Assembly: GCA_964016885.1 (NCBI GenBank)
Contig: OZ024740.1
Span: 341,434,001 to 341,498,000, forward strand
Source: Eledone cirrhosa
Lineage: Eukaryota
Direction of reading: 5' to 3'
DNA: 64,000 bases
Shown: positions 63,256-64,000 of the stretch, piece after piece
Layout of the letters: every line of letters starts with the position of its first letter
Position numbering within the stretch: position 1 is the stretch's first letter
Notes under the pieces: generated by a model
What the model was told of the DNA's origin: nothing
The model's database searches: none
What the model saw: the letters and a program-made list of their open reading frames with translations, nothing else
Position numbers and translations under genes: made by a program

Positions 63256-64000
63256 TACTGTATATAGTATTGAATGGCCCTGTAACTCCTGAGGAGTTGT
63301 TGGGGTGCCATATTAACATTCGGCATTTGTAGGACATTTTTTAAACCTGGTAGAGCCTATCTACTCTCCATGCCTGAATACAGCAGATTTCTTCAAGAGA
63401 AAGAAAGAGAAAGTGAGAGAAAGGAAGTGAGACAGAGGAAGATTCGACCTCAGTAATTGACTGGTGCTTTTTTTATCGACCATGAATGGATGGAAGGCAA
63501 AGTTGACCTCGGCGGGATTTGAACTCAGAGAGCAGGGAGCTGGGAGCTGAATACTACAAAGCATTCTATCCAACGTTCTGACGACTCTGCTAATTCGCCA
63601 CCATGTATATACTTATGTATAAATCACACCTTTTTTTCACAAAAACAAAAGACAAAAAACCCCCCAAAACATGCAGTCTATCTACTGGAAGTACAAAACC
63701 TTGTACGTGGGTAATGTAGTGAGCCAAGAATGTTGTATGTAACATAGGGGTGTGACTTACAAGTATTCATAGTATATATTGTTTTCTTGGAGAGATATAT
63801 AATATATATAAAAAAGACTTCTATATGAGCCAAGACAGTTCCAGAGACTTAAAAATATGTGAGTTAGTGTATATTTATATGTAGGTGTATGTACTTGCAC
63901 TCATATCCTAAGTGGATATCTCCCTTTAGTACACAAGTGTGTGATAGCATGATTATTCTTTATGTATGCATTTGTGAGTGTGTGTGTATATATATATATA

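Overview
AT-rich, repeat-dense animal DNA, most likely a coleoid cephalopod such as Octopus. That assignment is inferred from the long (TA)n/(TATG)n arrays, tRNA-headed CORE- and Meta-type SINEs and abundant RTE LINEs. There is one real host gene: a + strand RBR E3 ubiquitin ligase of the RNF31/HOIP (LUBEL) family. I reconstructed 13 exons by hand between 24531 and 52077 (about 669 aa: UBA, RING1-IBR-RING2, LDD). The catalytic Cys/His pair is intact, one intron has a non-canonical GC donor, and the 5' exons are not visible in the window. The rest is transposon-derived: many RTE LINE copies, a CR1-like LINE, a decayed Gypsy element, a Penelope-like element, a hAT-like transposase relic, piggyBac-, hAT-, mariner- and Helitron-like MITEs, SINEs and mini/microsatellites. 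The most unusual signals are hammerhead-ribozyme-like folds in three unrelated short non-coding elements, an inverted pair of a bipartite RTE-derived element, and several templated-insertion junctions. The long YIYI/CVCV ORFs are microsatellite artefacts.
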